A stretch of DNA of 64,000 nucleotides from Myxococcota bacterium (GTDB lineage: Bacteria; Myxococcota_A; UBA9042; PHBI01; JAWLBL01): NCBI GenBank assembly GCA_041687695.1, contig JAWLBL010000009.1, positions 107,634 to 171,633 on the forward strand, written 5' to 3'. The notes under the pieces were generated by a model. That model did not search any database. It was not told where the DNA came from and saw only the letters and a program-made list of their open reading frames with translations. A program made the position numbers and the translations under genes. Numbering within the stretch: position 1 is the first letter of the stretch; every line of letters begins with the position of its first letter. Below are positions 10,707-20,665 of the stretch, in pieces.

Positions 10707-12473
10707 TCAGGCCGGTCGCAGCGCCTTGACCCGCAGCTGCAGCCGCGCCTGGTTGCGGAAGACGTTCACCTCGGGGACGAAGGCGACGTCGACGCGCTCG
10801 CCGGGCGCCGGCGCGGCCTCAGCCTGCCCGAAGGCGATGGCGTCCATCGGGGCCTCCGGCGTGCCCAGGGTCAGCTTCAGGTGGCTGCGGTCGGCCCCGA
10901 CCGGACGCGCCTCGAGCACCGGGACCGCCTCGGCGAGGAAGGTGGGCTCGGGGTTGCCTTGCCCATGAGGCTCGAGCTGCCGCAGCGCCTCGACCAGTTC
11001 GAAGGAGACCTCGCCTAGCGGCACCCGCGCGTCCAGGCGCAGGCGCGGCCGCAGCTGCTCGGGCTTCAGCGCCTCGTGGGCCGCCCGCTCGAAGGCCTCG
11101 CAGAAGTCGGGGCGGCGCGCGTCCTCGAGCGTCAGGCCCGCCGCGTGGTCGTGGCCGCCGAACTTGACCAGGTGATCGCGCAGGCGCTCGAGGTGGTGCA
11201 CCAGGCGGAAGCCGGCGACCGAGCGCGCCGAGCCCGACGCGAGCCCGTCGGCGATGGTGAGCAGGATGGTCGGGCGATGGAAGCGCTCGACCAGCTTGGA
11301 CGCGACGATGCCCAGGACGCCCGGGTGCCAGTCCGGGTGGCCGAGGACCAGGGTGCGGCGCTCGCCGCCGGCGCCGAGCAGGTCGGCCGCCTGGGCGACG
11401 GCGGCGCGGAACGTCTCGTCCTGGATGGTGCGGCGGTCGTCGTTGTGCTGGTCGACCTGGCGGGCGACCCCCAGGGCGTGGTCGTAGTCCTCGGCCACCA
11501 GCAGCTCGACGCCGGCGCTGGCGTGCGCGACGCGGCCGGCGGCGTTGATGCGCGGCCCCAGGTGAAAGCCGATGCGCCCGGCGGTGATGCGCTCGGCCCC
11601 CAGGCCCGCGACCTCGCGCAGGGCGACCACCCCCGGGCGGCGCGACCGGCCGATCTGCGTCAGGCCGGTCTTGACGATGACCCGGTTGACGCCCGTCAGG
11701 GGCACCATGTCGGCGACCGTGCCGATGGACGTGAGGTCAAGCCAGTCCCGCAGATCCGGCTCGGGCCGGGTGGCGAAGTGGCCGCGCTCGCGCAGGCGCG
11801 CGCGCAGCGCGATGAGCAGCATCCAGGTCACGCCGCAGGCGGCCAGGTGCTTGTAGGGGTAGGCGCAGCCGGGCTGGTGCGGGTTCAGGATGGCCGCGGC
11901 CCGGGGGAGCGTCGCCGGGACCTGGTGGTGGTCGACGATGACGACGTCCGCGCCCTCCTCGCGAGCGGCCTCCACCTCGGCGACGCTGGTGATGCCGCAG
12001 TCGACGGTGACGAACAGGCGCACGCCGCCACGCGCCAGCTCGCGGATGCGGGGGGCGCTGAGGCCGTAGCCGTCGGTGAACCGGTCCGGGACGAAGTAGC
12101 CGACCGGCACGCCGAGCGCGCGGAAGAACAGCAGCAGCTGCGACGCCGAGGTGACCCCGTCCACGTCGTAGTCGCCCCAGACGCACACCGGCTCGCGGTG
12201 GTCGATGGCGTGCAAGATGCGGTCGACCGCCGCGTCCATGCCCTTCATCGCGAACGGCTCGGGCAGGTGCTGCAGCCGCGGCGCCAGGAACGCGGCCGCC
12301 TCGGCCGGGTCGTGGACCTTTCGGTTGACCAGCAGGCGCGCGACGACGGCGGGGACGCCGAGCTGGCGGCTGAGCGCGGCCACCAGGGCTTCGTCGGGCT
12401 GCTCGAGCTCCCAGCGCGGCTGCACGCGGGCGGACGATGACGGAGCGGGCGCTGGCGGGGCGAGGGCGGTCAC
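10707..12473 (-). CDS. recJ: single-stranded DNA exonuclease RecJ
   Basis: GDYDVDG, TVDCG, DHH, GTVAD, PRINAAGR, GGH motifs; GTG start approximate. Confidence 0.95.
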   Translation of the reverse strand: MTALAPPAPAPSSSARVQPRWELEQPDEALVAALSRQLGVPAVVARLLVNRKVHDPAEAAAFLAPRLQHLPEPFAMKGMDAAVDRILHAIDHREPVCVWGDYDVDGVTSASQLLLFFRALGVPVGYFVPDRFTDGYGLSAPRIRELARGGVRLFVTVDCGITSVAEVEAAREEGADVVIVDHHQVPATLPRAAAILNPHQPGCAYPYKHLAACGVTWMLLIALRARLRERGHFATRPEPDLRDWLDLTSIGTVADMVPLTGVNRVIVKTGLTQIGRSRRPGVVALREVAGLGAERITAGRIGFHLGPRINAAGRVAHASAGVELLVAEDYDHALGVARQVDQHNDDRRTIQDETFRAAVAQAADLLGAGGERRTLVLGHPDWHPGVLGIVASKLVERFHRPTILLTIADGLASGSARSVAGFRLVHHLERLRDHLVKFGGHDHAAGLTLEDARRPDFCEAFERAAHEALKPEQLRPRLRLDARVPLGEVSFELVEALRQLEPHGQGNPEPTFLAEAVPVLEARPVGADRSHLKLTLGTPEAPMDAIAFGQAEAAPAPGERVDVAFVPEVNVFRNQARLQLRVKALRPA

Positions 12474-12567
12474 GGCGGGCGCACCGTAGCGCAGGGCGTT
12501 CGAAATGACGAGAGCCGCGGACCGCCCAGGGAGGCGAGCCGCGGCTCCGTCGTGTCTTCCGCGCGGA

Positions 12568-13950
12568 TCAGGCCCGGGCGGGCTTGGGCTGGTCGCCCCG
12601 GCCGCTCTTGGCCTTGTCGGCCTCGCGGCGCTCCATGTACTGCGAGGTGTAGTACACGAGCGGGCTGGCCACGAAGATCGAGCTGTAGGTACCGACCACC
12701 ACACCGATGAGCAGCGCCAGGGCGAAGTCGCGGATGAGGCCGCCACCCAGCAGCAGGATGCTGACGACGACCAGCAGCGTCGTGACCGAGGTCAGGCTGG
12801 TGCGGCTGAGGGTGGAGTTGATGGCTCGGTTGAGCAGCTCCTTCATGTCGCGGCCGCGGTAGGCGTCGAAGGTCTCGCGCACGCGGTCGAACACCACGAT
12901 GGTGTCGTTGAGCGAGTAGCCGACGATGGTCAGCAGGGCCGCGATGATGGGCAGCGAGAACTTCACCTGGAGCAGCGCGAAGATGCCCATGGTGATGATG
13001 ACGTCGTGCACGAGGGCGACGACGGCGCCCGGCGCGAAGCGGAAGTCGAAGCGCAGGGTGATGTAGATGAGGATGCCGATGATGGCGTACAGCACCGCGA
13101 GCAGGCCGTTGGCGAGCAGATCCTGGCCGACCGACGGCGACACGCTGGTCGACGACTCGACGGCGATGAACGAGCCGGCGAAGTCGGCGGCGAGCTGCTC
13201 GGTCACCTTGCCCTTGAGCTCCTCGACCGTCACGGTAAAGCGGGTGTCCTGCTTGGCCGAGGCCTCCTGCGTGACGCGCTCCTCGCACTGCCGGTAGGCG
13301 ATCTGCGGGTCGTCGCCCAGGCCGTCGCCGGCGCGCTCGCGGGCGGCGTCCTCGAGCAGCATGTTGAGGTCCTTGATGCAGGCGATGCGCGCCTCCTTCT
13401 CGTACCCCGACTCGATGGAGGTCTCGGTGTAGCCGAGCCCCGCGAAGAGCTGCTGCAGCTGAGTCACCCGCTCGCCGATGGGGCCCTCGGCCGGATAGCG
13501 GACGTCGAACACGTCCGCGCCCTCGGCCGGCACGTCGATGCGCGCGCCCTCGCCCAGCTGCTGCTGCAGGGCCGAGATGATCTGGGCCCGCTTGTCGGGG
13601 CTGATGAGCGAGGTCACCTCGGTGTAGATGAGGAACCGCTCGGCCGGCTTGCCCTCGACGACGCTCTGGGTGCCGGAGTCGAAGTCCTGCACCGAGACCT
13701 GGGTGCCCTCGACGCCCAGCTCCTTGGCCACCAGCGTGGCGACCGACGACTCCAGACGGTCGCGGTCGACGTCGGCCGCGTCGTCGAAGGCGACGATGAG
13801 CGAGCTGCCGCCCTTGAAGTCGATGCCCAGGTTGAGCCCCTGGACCATCAGGACCAGGAGGCTGAGGACCACCAGACCCAGCGACAGGAAGAAGGCCTTC
13901 TTACGGGCCCCCATGAAGTCGAGGTTGATGTCTTCCTTGATCCACCGCAT
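12568..13950 (-). CDS. secF: protein translocase subunit SecF
   Basis: LGIDFKGG, GYSLNDTIVVFDRVRE, GTYSSIFVA; enlarged periplasmic domain. Confidence 0.95.
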   Translation of the reverse strand: MRWIKEDINLDFMGARKKAFFLSLGLVVLSLLVLMVQGLNLGIDFKGGSSLIVAFDDAADVDRDRLESSVATLVAKELGVEGTQVSVQDFDSGTQSVVEGKPAERFLIYTEVTSLISPDKRAQIISALQQQLGEGARIDVPAEGADVFDVRYPAEGPIGERVTQLQQLFAGLGYTETSIESGYEKEARIACIKDLNMLLEDAARERAGDGLGDDPQIAYRQCEERVTQEASAKQDTRFTVTVEELKGKVTEQLAADFAGSFIAVESSTSVSPSVGQDLLANGLLAVLYAIIGILIYITLRFDFRFAPGAVVALVHDVIITMGIFALLQVKFSLPIIAALLTIVGYSLNDTIVVFDRVRETFDAYRGRDMKELLNRAINSTLSRTSLTSVTTLLVVVSILLLGGGLIRDFALALLIGVVVGTYSSIFVASPLVYYTSQYMERREADKAKSGRGDQPKPARA

Positions 13951-13962
13951 GCGCGCGCCTCC

Positions 13963-15768
13963 TCAGCCGATCGAGAGCGTGGCGGGCCGACGAGCGAGCC
14001 ACCAGTTGAACATGACGCGGCTGACGTAGACCGCGGTGAACACGGAGCAGACGATGCCGATGAGGAGGGTCACGGCGAAGCCGCGGATGGGGCCGCTCGT
14101 GTAGTTGAGCAGGATGACGCCGGCGAGCGCCGTGGTGACGTTGGCGTCGAGGATGGTCGAGAAGGCCTTCTCGTAGCCGGCGTCGACGGCCGCGCGCGGC
14201 GACTTGCCCGCGCTCAGCTCCTCTCGGATGCGTTCGAAGATGATGATGTTGGCGTCGACCGCCATGCCGATGGTCAGGATGATGCCCGCCATGCCCGGCA
14301 GCGTCAGCGCGGAGTTGAGGCTGACCAGCAGGACCAGGATGAGCAGCATGTTGAACAGCAGCACGGTGACCGCGATGATCCCCGAGGCGCGGTAGTACAG
14401 CAGCATGAACATGATGACGAGCGCGCCGCCGACGGCCATCGAGGTCGTGCCCGCGCTGACCGAGTCGGCGCCCAGGCTGGGGCCGACCTCGTGGTCGTGG
14501 ACCTTGTAGACCGGGGCCTTGTAGGCGCCCTGGTTCAGGACCGTCACCAGGCCCCGCGCCTCGTTGAGGGTGCGCTGGGGGTTGCCGCCGGCGCCCATCG
14601 TGATCTGGGCGCGGCCGCCGCCGATCTTCTCGTTGATGATCGGGGCCGAGGCCACGTTCTCGTCGAGCATGATGGCCATGTACTCCTGGACGTTGCGCTC
14701 GGTGACGTCCGCGAAGATGCGGCCGCCCTCGGCGTTGAAGTCCAGGCTGACGTAGGGGATGCCCTTTTCGTCGTACAGCACCTGCGAGCGGGCGAGGTGA
14801 TCGCCGGTGATCGCGGCCGTCGCCTCGACCAGGTAGGTCCGCCAGTACTTGTCGCTGACGATGTTCCCCTCGGTGATCTCGGTCTCCTCGTAACCGACGA
14901 CGCGGTCGGCGGGGATGTCGAGGGTGCGCACGAAGCGGACCAGATCGCTCTTGCGGGTCGCGCGGACGTACGGGCCGGTGGGGTGCGACGGCACCAGCGC
15001 GATGTCGCTGTCGGGGCGCTGGGCCTTGAAGGCGTCGAGCTGGCTCTGCACGCCCGCGAAGAACGTGTTGGACTCGTCGACCATGCGCAGCGTCAGCTGG
15101 GCGGTCTGCCCGATGCGCTGGCGCACGGTCTCCATCTGGGCCTTGCTGACGCCCGGGATCTGGACGGCGATGTCGCTCAGGCCGGCGGTGCGGACGTCGG
15201 GGTCCACCAGGCCGAAGGCCTCGACGCGCTTGCTGATGATGCCGCGCGTCTCGCGCACCACCTGCTCGCGGATCTCGGCGACCTGCTCGTCGGGCAGGGT
15301 GAGCTCGAAGGTCGTGTCGCTCTCGCGGCTGAGGACGAAGCGCGAGTCGAGCTGCTCGAGGATCTCGTCGTCGAGCAGGTCGGCCGTCGCCTTGTCCTTG
15401 AACTGGAGCTGGAGGCGGTTGTACTCGGGGACCTGGACCGTGATGCCGGCCTGGTAGGCGGCGATCTGCTCGGCCGTCAGGTCGACCGGGTTGCGGTTCT
15501 CCTTGCGGGCGAGCTGGTCGACGATCTGCGCCCGGACCGTGTCACCGAGCTTGCGCGTGTTGTCCTCGATGGCCCGCTTCCAGTCGACCGTGTAGCGCAG
15601 CTCGAGGCCGCCCTGCAGGTCCAGACCGTAGTTGAGCTGCTTGGAGAACACGTTCGTGTACCACTCGGGCAGCTTGTCCCGGCCGACGAAGGTCGGGAGC
15701 GTGTAGAGCACGCTGAACACCACGAGGGCCCACAGGGCGACGATGCGCCACCTGCGCTTCTTGTCCAT
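13963..15768 (-). CDS. secD: protein translocase subunit SecD
   Basis: GLDLQGG, VGPSLG, GMAVDANIIIFERIREE. Confidence 0.96.
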   Translation of the reverse strand: MDKKRRWRIVALWALVVFSVLYTLPTFVGRDKLPEWYTNVFSKQLNYGLDLQGGLELRYTVDWKRAIEDNTRKLGDTVRAQIVDQLARKENRNPVDLTAEQIAAYQAGITVQVPEYNRLQLQFKDKATADLLDDEILEQLDSRFVLSRESDTTFELTLPDEQVAEIREQVVRETRGIISKRVEAFGLVDPDVRTAGLSDIAVQIPGVSKAQMETVRQRIGQTAQLTLRMVDESNTFFAGVQSQLDAFKAQRPDSDIALVPSHPTGPYVRATRKSDLVRFVRTLDIPADRVVGYEETEITEGNIVSDKYWRTYLVEATAAITGDHLARSQVLYDEKGIPYVSLDFNAEGGRIFADVTERNVQEYMAIMLDENVASAPIINEKIGGGRAQITMGAGGNPQRTLNEARGLVTVLNQGAYKAPVYKVHDHEVGPSLGADSVSAGTTSMAVGGALVIMFMLLYYRASGIIAVTVLLFNMLLILVLLVSLNSALTLPGMAGIILTIGMAVDANIIIFERIREELSAGKSPRAAVDAGYEKAFSTILDANVTTALAGVILLNYTSGPIRGFAVTLLIGIVCSVFTAVYVSRVMFNWWLARRPATLSIG

Positions 15769-15849
15769 GCTGGTTCGGCTCCTTGGGAGGGGGCGGGCGC
15801 GTCACCGCGGCGGGCTGGGCCGCGACGCCATCGGGAGAGGGGTCCGGGG

Positions 15850-16263
15850 TCAGGTCGCCTGAGGCGTGGCGAGCTCTTTTTCCGTCTCGGGGTTCGCGAG
15901 CCCGCCGACGTAGCCCTTGAGCACCTTGATCTGGGTGTTCTTGGCGATCTCGAGCGTGAGCGTGTTGCCCTCGATGGCGACGATGCGGCCGAAGATGCCG
16001 CTCGACGTGATGACGTTGTCGCCCTTCTTCAGGCTGCCGATGAGCTGCTGGTGCTTCTTGGCGCGCTTCTGCTGCGGACGGATGAGCAGGAAGTAGAAGA
16101 TGGCCAGCATCACCAGGATGAAGAGGATCTGGTCGAAGCCGAAGCCCGGCGCCTGGCCGGGCGCGCCCTGGGTCGGCCCTCCCGGGCTGGACGCGGGCGG
16201 GGCGCCGCCACCGGGGGTCAGCGACTCCTGGGCGACGAAGATGAAGTTGCGAAGCAGATCCAA
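15850..16263 (-). CDS. yajC: preprotein translocase subunit YajC
   Basis: FYFLLIRPQQKR...LKKGDNVITSSGIFG; synteny with tgt and secD. Confidence 0.93.
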   Translation of the reverse strand: MDLLRNFIFVAQESLTPGGGAPPASSPGGPTQGAPGQAPGFGFDQILFILVMLAIFYFLLIRPQQKRAKKHQQLIGSLKKGDNVITSSGIFGRIVAIEGNTLTLEIAKNTQIKVLKGYVGGLANPETEKELATPQAT

Positions 16264-16351
16264 CGCTCTCCCCCTGCAGGGCCCGGCTCGGGACGTAACG
16301 TGCCGAAATGATTAGGAAAACGGGCGCGCCCCGGGCCAAACCGGGTGGCAA

Positions 16352-16380
16352 CGAATAGCAGAGCGCCCCAGACCGGTCAA
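16352..16380 (-). promoter_or_regulatory. putative sigma70 promoter for yajC-secDF
   Basis: Minus strand TTGACC-17 nt-TATTCG with TG extension. Confidence 0.4.
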
Positions 16381-16464
16381 CCTAATAGCGGCTTGCCTCC
16401 CGCAGCGCACGCGCAGCGGGATGGGGCCCTGAACCACGCCTGTCGGGCCTTTGTTCCGGGGGGC

Positions 16465-17613
16465 TCAGACCCCTTCGCGACGCCGGGCGAGGGCCTCGTC
16501 GCGCCACGGAGCGAAGGAGCCGTCCTCGATGTGGGCGCGCGCGCGCGCCATCAGGTCGAGGAAGTAGTGGAGGTTGTGCAGCGTGGCGAGGGTCGCGAAG
16601 AGCATCTCGCCCGAGCGGTTGAGGTGCCGCAGGTAGGCCCTCGAGAAGTGGCGGCAGGTGTAGCAGGCGCACCCGGGGTCGAGCGGCTGCTCGTCGGTGC
16701 GGAAGCGGTGGTTGCGGATGTTGAGGTCGCCGCGCGAGGTCAGGATGCGACCGTTGCGGGCGTTCCGGGTCGGCAGGACGCAGTCGAACATGTCGACGCC
16801 GTGGCCGACGCAGGTCAGCAGATCCTCGGGCGTGCCGACGCCCATCAGGTAGCGGGGCTTGCCCTCGGGGAGCAGCGGCGCCGTGGCCGCGACGGTAGCG
16901 TAGGTCAGGTCGGCCGACTCGCCGACGCTGAGGCCGCCGATGGCGAGTCCCTCGAACGGGAGCTCGCGCAAGGTCAGGGCCGAGTGCCGCCGGAGGTCGA
17001 GGTCGACGCCGCCCTGGACGATGCCGAACAGGGCGCTGTCCTCGCGCCGGCGGGCGTCGAGGCAGCGGCGCGCCCAGCGGTGGGTGCGCTCCATCGCCGC
17101 GACCACGCGGGAGCGCTCGGCGCGCGCGGGCGGACACTCGTCGAACACCATCATGATGTCGCTGCCGAGCGTCTCCTGGATGGCGATGGCCTTCTCGGGG
17201 GTGAGGGTGTGGCGCGCGCCGTCGAGGTGCGAGGCGAAGGTGACGCCGTCCTCGGTGACCTTGGAGATGTCGCGCAGGCTGTAGACCTGGAAGCCCCCGC
17301 TGTCGGTCAGGATGGCGCGGTCCCAGGCGGCCATCCGGTGGAGCCCGCCGAGGGCGCCGACGACCTCGGTGCCGGGGCGCAGATACAGGTGGTAGGTGTT
17401 GCCCAGGATGATCTCGGCGCCGAGCTCGACGAGCTGGGCCGGCGTGACGCCCTTGACGGTGCCCTGGGTCCCGACCGGCATGAAGACCGGCGTCTCGATG
17501 GTGCCGTGCGGGGTGCGGACGCGGCCGCGGCGGGCGCCGGTCGTCGGGTCGGTGGCGAGGACCTCGAAGCCGAAGGCGCGCGGCGGAGTGGAGCTGGGGG
17601 CGGGTTGCGTCAT
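16465..17613 (-). CDS. tgt: tRNA-guanine transglycosylase
   Basis: TPVFMPVGT, NTYHL, TDSGGFQ, GVDMFDCV, CxCxxC...HN zinc site. Confidence 0.97.
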   Translation of the reverse strand: MTQPAPSSTPPRAFGFEVLATDPTTGARRGRVRTPHGTIETPVFMPVGTQGTVKGVTPAQLVELGAEIILGNTYHLYLRPGTEVVGALGGLHRMAAWDRAILTDSGGFQVYSLRDISKVTEDGVTFASHLDGARHTLTPEKAIAIQETLGSDIMMVFDECPPARAERSRVVAAMERTHRWARRCLDARRREDSALFGIVQGGVDLDLRRHSALTLRELPFEGLAIGGLSVGESADLTYATVAATAPLLPEGKPRYLMGVGTPEDLLTCVGHGVDMFDCVLPTRNARNGRILTSRGDLNIRNHRFRTDEQPLDPGCACYTCRHFSRAYLRHLNRSGEMLFATLATLHNLHYFLDLMARARAHIEDGSFAPWRDEALARRREGV

Positions 17614-18647
17614 CGGATGAGCATCCCGTCGCCGTAGCTGAAGAAGCGATACTCGCGCCGGACCGCCTCGGCGTAGGCGGCGAGGGTGCGGGCGTGCCCG
17701 GCGAAGGCCGAGACGAGCATGAGCAGGGTGCTCCCGGGGAGATGGAAGTTGGTCAACAGCTGATCGACCACGCGGAAGGTCGAGCCGGGTGTCAGGAACA
17801 GATCCGTCTCGGCGCGCTCGGGGACGGGGGCGCCATGGCGGGCGGCCGAGGCCTCGAGGGTGCGCACGACGGTGGTGCCCACCGCGAGGACCGGTCGGCC
17901 GGCGGCTCGGGCGGCGGCGATGGCCTCGGCCGTGGCGGCGGGGATCTCGTAGCGCTCGGCGTGCATGACGTGCTCGCGCAGGTCGTCGGCGCGCACGGGC
18001 TGGAAGGTGCCCGGGCCCACGTGGAGCGTGACGAAGGCCGTCTCGCAGCCGCGGGCGGCGAGGCGCTCGAGGAGCGCGGGCGTGAAGTGCAGACCCGCGG
18101 TCGGGGCCGCGACGGCCCCATGGGCGCGGGCGAAGACCGTCTGGTACCGGGCGTGGTCCTCGGGGCGGGGGCCCTCGTCGCGGCGGATGTAGGGCGGCAG
18201 CGGGATCTCGCCGTGCGCCGCCAGAAAGTCCCATCCCTGGGGGCCGTCGGGCGGTGGCGCGACCCGGTAGCGGCCGTGCCCGAGCGCCTGCAGGACGCGC
18301 AGCGACGCGCCCGTCCGCAGCGTGACGTGCGCGCCGGGGCGCAGCGGCTTGGACGAGCGGCCCATGGCCTCGAGGTCGCCCTCGGCGCCGAGGCCGACGA
18401 CGAGCAGCTCGACCGCGCCGCCCGAGTCCTTGTGGCCGTGCAGGCGCGCCGGCACGACCCGCGTGTCGTTGAACACCAAGAGCTCGTCGCCGCGGACGAG
18501 GTCGGGGAGGTCGCGGATGTGCCGGTGCCCGAGCGCGCCCTCGTCGGCGCGCGGCAGCAGCATCAGCCGGGCGTCCTCGGCCCGCGGCAGGGGCGCCTGG
18601 GCGATGAGCCGCTCGGGCAGGTCGTAGAGGAAGTCGGAGAGCCGCAT
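17610..18647 (-). CDS. queA: S-adenosylmethionine:tRNA ribosyltransferase-isomerase
   Basis: PLPPYI, YQTVFA, AAPTAGLHF, TNFHLP, YRFFSYGD. Confidence 0.97.
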   Translation of the reverse strand: MRLSDFLYDLPERLIAQAPLPRAEDARLMLLPRADEGALGHRHIRDLPDLVRGDELLVFNDTRVVPARLHGHKDSGGAVELLVVGLGAEGDLEAMGRSSKPLRPGAHVTLRTGASLRVLQALGHGRYRVAPPPDGPQGWDFLAAHGEIPLPPYIRRDEGPRPEDHARYQTVFARAHGAVAAPTAGLHFTPALLERLAARGCETAFVTLHVGPGTFQPVRADDLREHVMHAERYEIPAATAEAIAAARAAGRPVLAVGTTVVRTLEASAARHGAPVPERAETDLFLTPGSTFRVVDQLLTNFHLPGSTLLMLVSAFAGHARTLAAYAEAVRREYRFFSYGDGMLIR

Positions 18648-18881
18648 CGGTGTCACGGGGGGCGTCTGTACCTCGGGAGGGGACCGGTGGCCAGCCAAAA
18701 GGGGGCGCTGGGGGTCGGGTGGGCCGATCGCGCGGGACCGGGGGGCGCGCTCGCCCGCGAACTACAAGGCCGAGCGGGCCCAAGCGATGTAACACGGCGT
18801 AGGGATTGGCATTTCGTTCGGACGGCCGCACCCGAAGTGCGGATCAGCCTTGTTTCATGCGCCTCAACTGCGCAAATCCGG

Positions 18882-18911
18882 TTGACAGCCGAGATCACGC
18901 CCCCCTAGGAT
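18882..18911 (+). promoter_or_regulatory. putative sigma70 promoter for the HU genes
   Basis: TTGACA-18 nt-TAGGAT. Confidence 0.55.
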
Positions 18912-19057
18912 GGCCGCAAACGGCCTCGAGGGGCCGGAGAACCGCACACATCAACGCTCAGCTCGAAATCGGAACGACGCCGGACGAGGTTCGGACGGGA
19001 GTCGTTCACCCACACGTCCCCGCTGCCGTGACGGCAGCAGTCAGGAGGGTTTCTCGA

Positions 19058-19333
19058 ATGAACAAGACCGAGTTCATCAACAAGGTGCATCAAGCGGCCG
19101 GCGGCAACCTCTCGAAGAAGGACACCGCCGCCGCGGTGCAGGCCGTCTTCGACTCGATGGGCGACGCGCTGAAGGAAGGCGGCCGCTTCTCGTACCCCGG
19201 CTTCGGCACCTTCAACGTCAAGGAGCGTGGCGCGCGCCAGGGCCGCAACCCGCGCACCGGCGAGGCCATCGAGATCTCGGCCTCGAAGAGCGTGTCGTTC
19301 AAGCCGGCGCCCGGCCTGAAGGACAACATCTGA
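19058..19333 (+). CDS. hup: HU family DNA-binding protein
   Basis: MNKTEFI...GFGTF...GRNPRTGE...FKPA; AGGAGG RBS. Confidence 0.95.
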   Translation: MNKTEFINKVHQAAGGNLSKKDTAAAVQAVFDSMGDALKEGGRFSYPGFGTFNVKERGARQGRNPRTGEAIEISASKSVSFKPAPGLKDNI

Positions 19334-19416
19334 GCTGCTGCGCGCGGACCGACGTCGAGCGGGTCCACCCGCTCGGCGCCGACGCCAGCCCCCTCTTCCC
19401 TTAGGAGAACCGAGCC

Positions 19417-19686
19417 ATGACGAAGTCCGAGCTCATCGACGCGGTTCACGCGAGCGTCGGCGGCAAGTCCAAGAAGGACACGGCCGATCTGGTCCAGGCG
19501 GTCTTCGACTCGCTCGTGGACGCCATCAAGGACGGGCGCTTCTCGTACCCCGGCTTCGGGACGTTCAACGTCAAGGAGCGCGCCGCGCGCACCGGCCGCA
19601 ACCCGCGGACCGGCGCCAGCATCGAGATCCCGGCCTCGAAGCAGATCGCCTTCAAGGCGGCGCCGCAGTTCAAGGACGGCCTGTAG
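19417..19686 (+). CDS. hup: HU family DNA-binding protein (second tandem copy)
   Basis: MTKSELI...GFGTF...GRNPRTG...FKAA. Confidence 0.95.
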   Translation: MTKSELIDAVHASVGGKSKKDTADLVQAVFDSLVDAIKDGRFSYPGFGTFNVKERAARTGRNPRTGASIEIPASKQIAFKAAPQFKDGL

Positions 19687-19846
19687 GCCGTTTCGGCTCG
19701 CCCTGGGCTCAGGGCGGTCGACCGTTGCGACGAGTCTCCAGGCTTCGGCCCGGGGGCTCGTTTCGTTTCGAACGCCGGCCGCGCCGCCCCCCTCGACCCG
19801 TGATGCGCCCGTGATGCGCCCCCGGCGGACGCGATGACGGCGGCCT

Positions 19847-20665
19847 TCAGGCCCGCAGCAGCTCGCGCGCCTTGAGGAGGTCGTGCCAGGCGGTGCGCTT
19901 GGCGCGCGGGTTGCCCAGCAGGTACGCCGGATGCCAGGTCGGCACGACCGGAATGCCGGCGTGCGAGCGGACCTCGAGGCGCAGGGCGCTCATCGGCAGA
20001 TCGAGGCCGCACACGACGTTCGACGCGAAGCGCCCGACGGTCAGGATGACGGCGGGGCCGACCGCCTGGATCTGGCGCTGCACGAAGGGGCTGCAGGCGG
20101 CGACCTCGTGCGGCTCGGGATCGCGATTGTCCGGCGGGCGGCACTTCAGGACGTTGCAGATGTACACGTCCGCGCGGGTCAGCCCGATGGAGGCCAGCAT
20201 CCGCCCGAGGAGCTGGCCGGCGCGGCCGACGAAGGGCTCTCCGATGCGATCTTCGTCGCGGCCCGGCGCCTCTCCGACGATGACCAGGCGCGCGTTCGGG
20301 TTGCCGACGCCGTAGACGAGGTTGCGCCGCCCGGCCGAGAGGGCGCAGCGCGTGCAGTCGCCCAGCTCCGCCCGGATGGCGTCGAGCGACTCGCCGGAGC
20401 GCGGGGGGCGGGGTCCGGGAGGCGGCGCTGTGGGGCGGGCCGCAGGGGGGGCGGGGCGCTCGGAGGGCGCCGGCGCGGGTCGCGCCGAGGGCGCTGGCGC
20501 GGGTCGCGCGGGGGCCTGAGCGGGCGCGGCGCGGGGCCGCGGCGGCGCCTCGAGGGCCTCGACGCCGATCTCGTCGGCGCCGAGGTGCATGTGCCACTCG
20601 AGCCACTGGCGCACATCGACGACCAGATCGGTGACGGCCTCGCGGAGGGCCTCTCGCTGGGTCAC
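19847..20665 (-). CDS. uracil-DNA glycosylase family 4
   Basis: CxxC, VGEAPG, PFVGRAG, KCRPP, HPAYLL. Confidence 0.92.
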   Translation of the reverse strand: MTQREALREAVTDLVVDVRQWLEWHMHLGADEIGVEALEAPPRPRAAPAQAPARPAPAPSARPAPAPSERPAPPAARPTAPPPGPRPPRSGESLDAIRAELGDCTRCALSAGRRNLVYGVGNPNARLVIVGEAPGRDEDRIGEPFVGRAGQLLGRMLASIGLTRADVYICNVLKCRPPDNRDPEPHEVAACSPFVQRQIQAVGPAVILTVGRFASNVVCGLDLPMSALRLEVRSHAGIPVVPTWHPAYLLGNPRAKRTAWHDLLKARELLRA

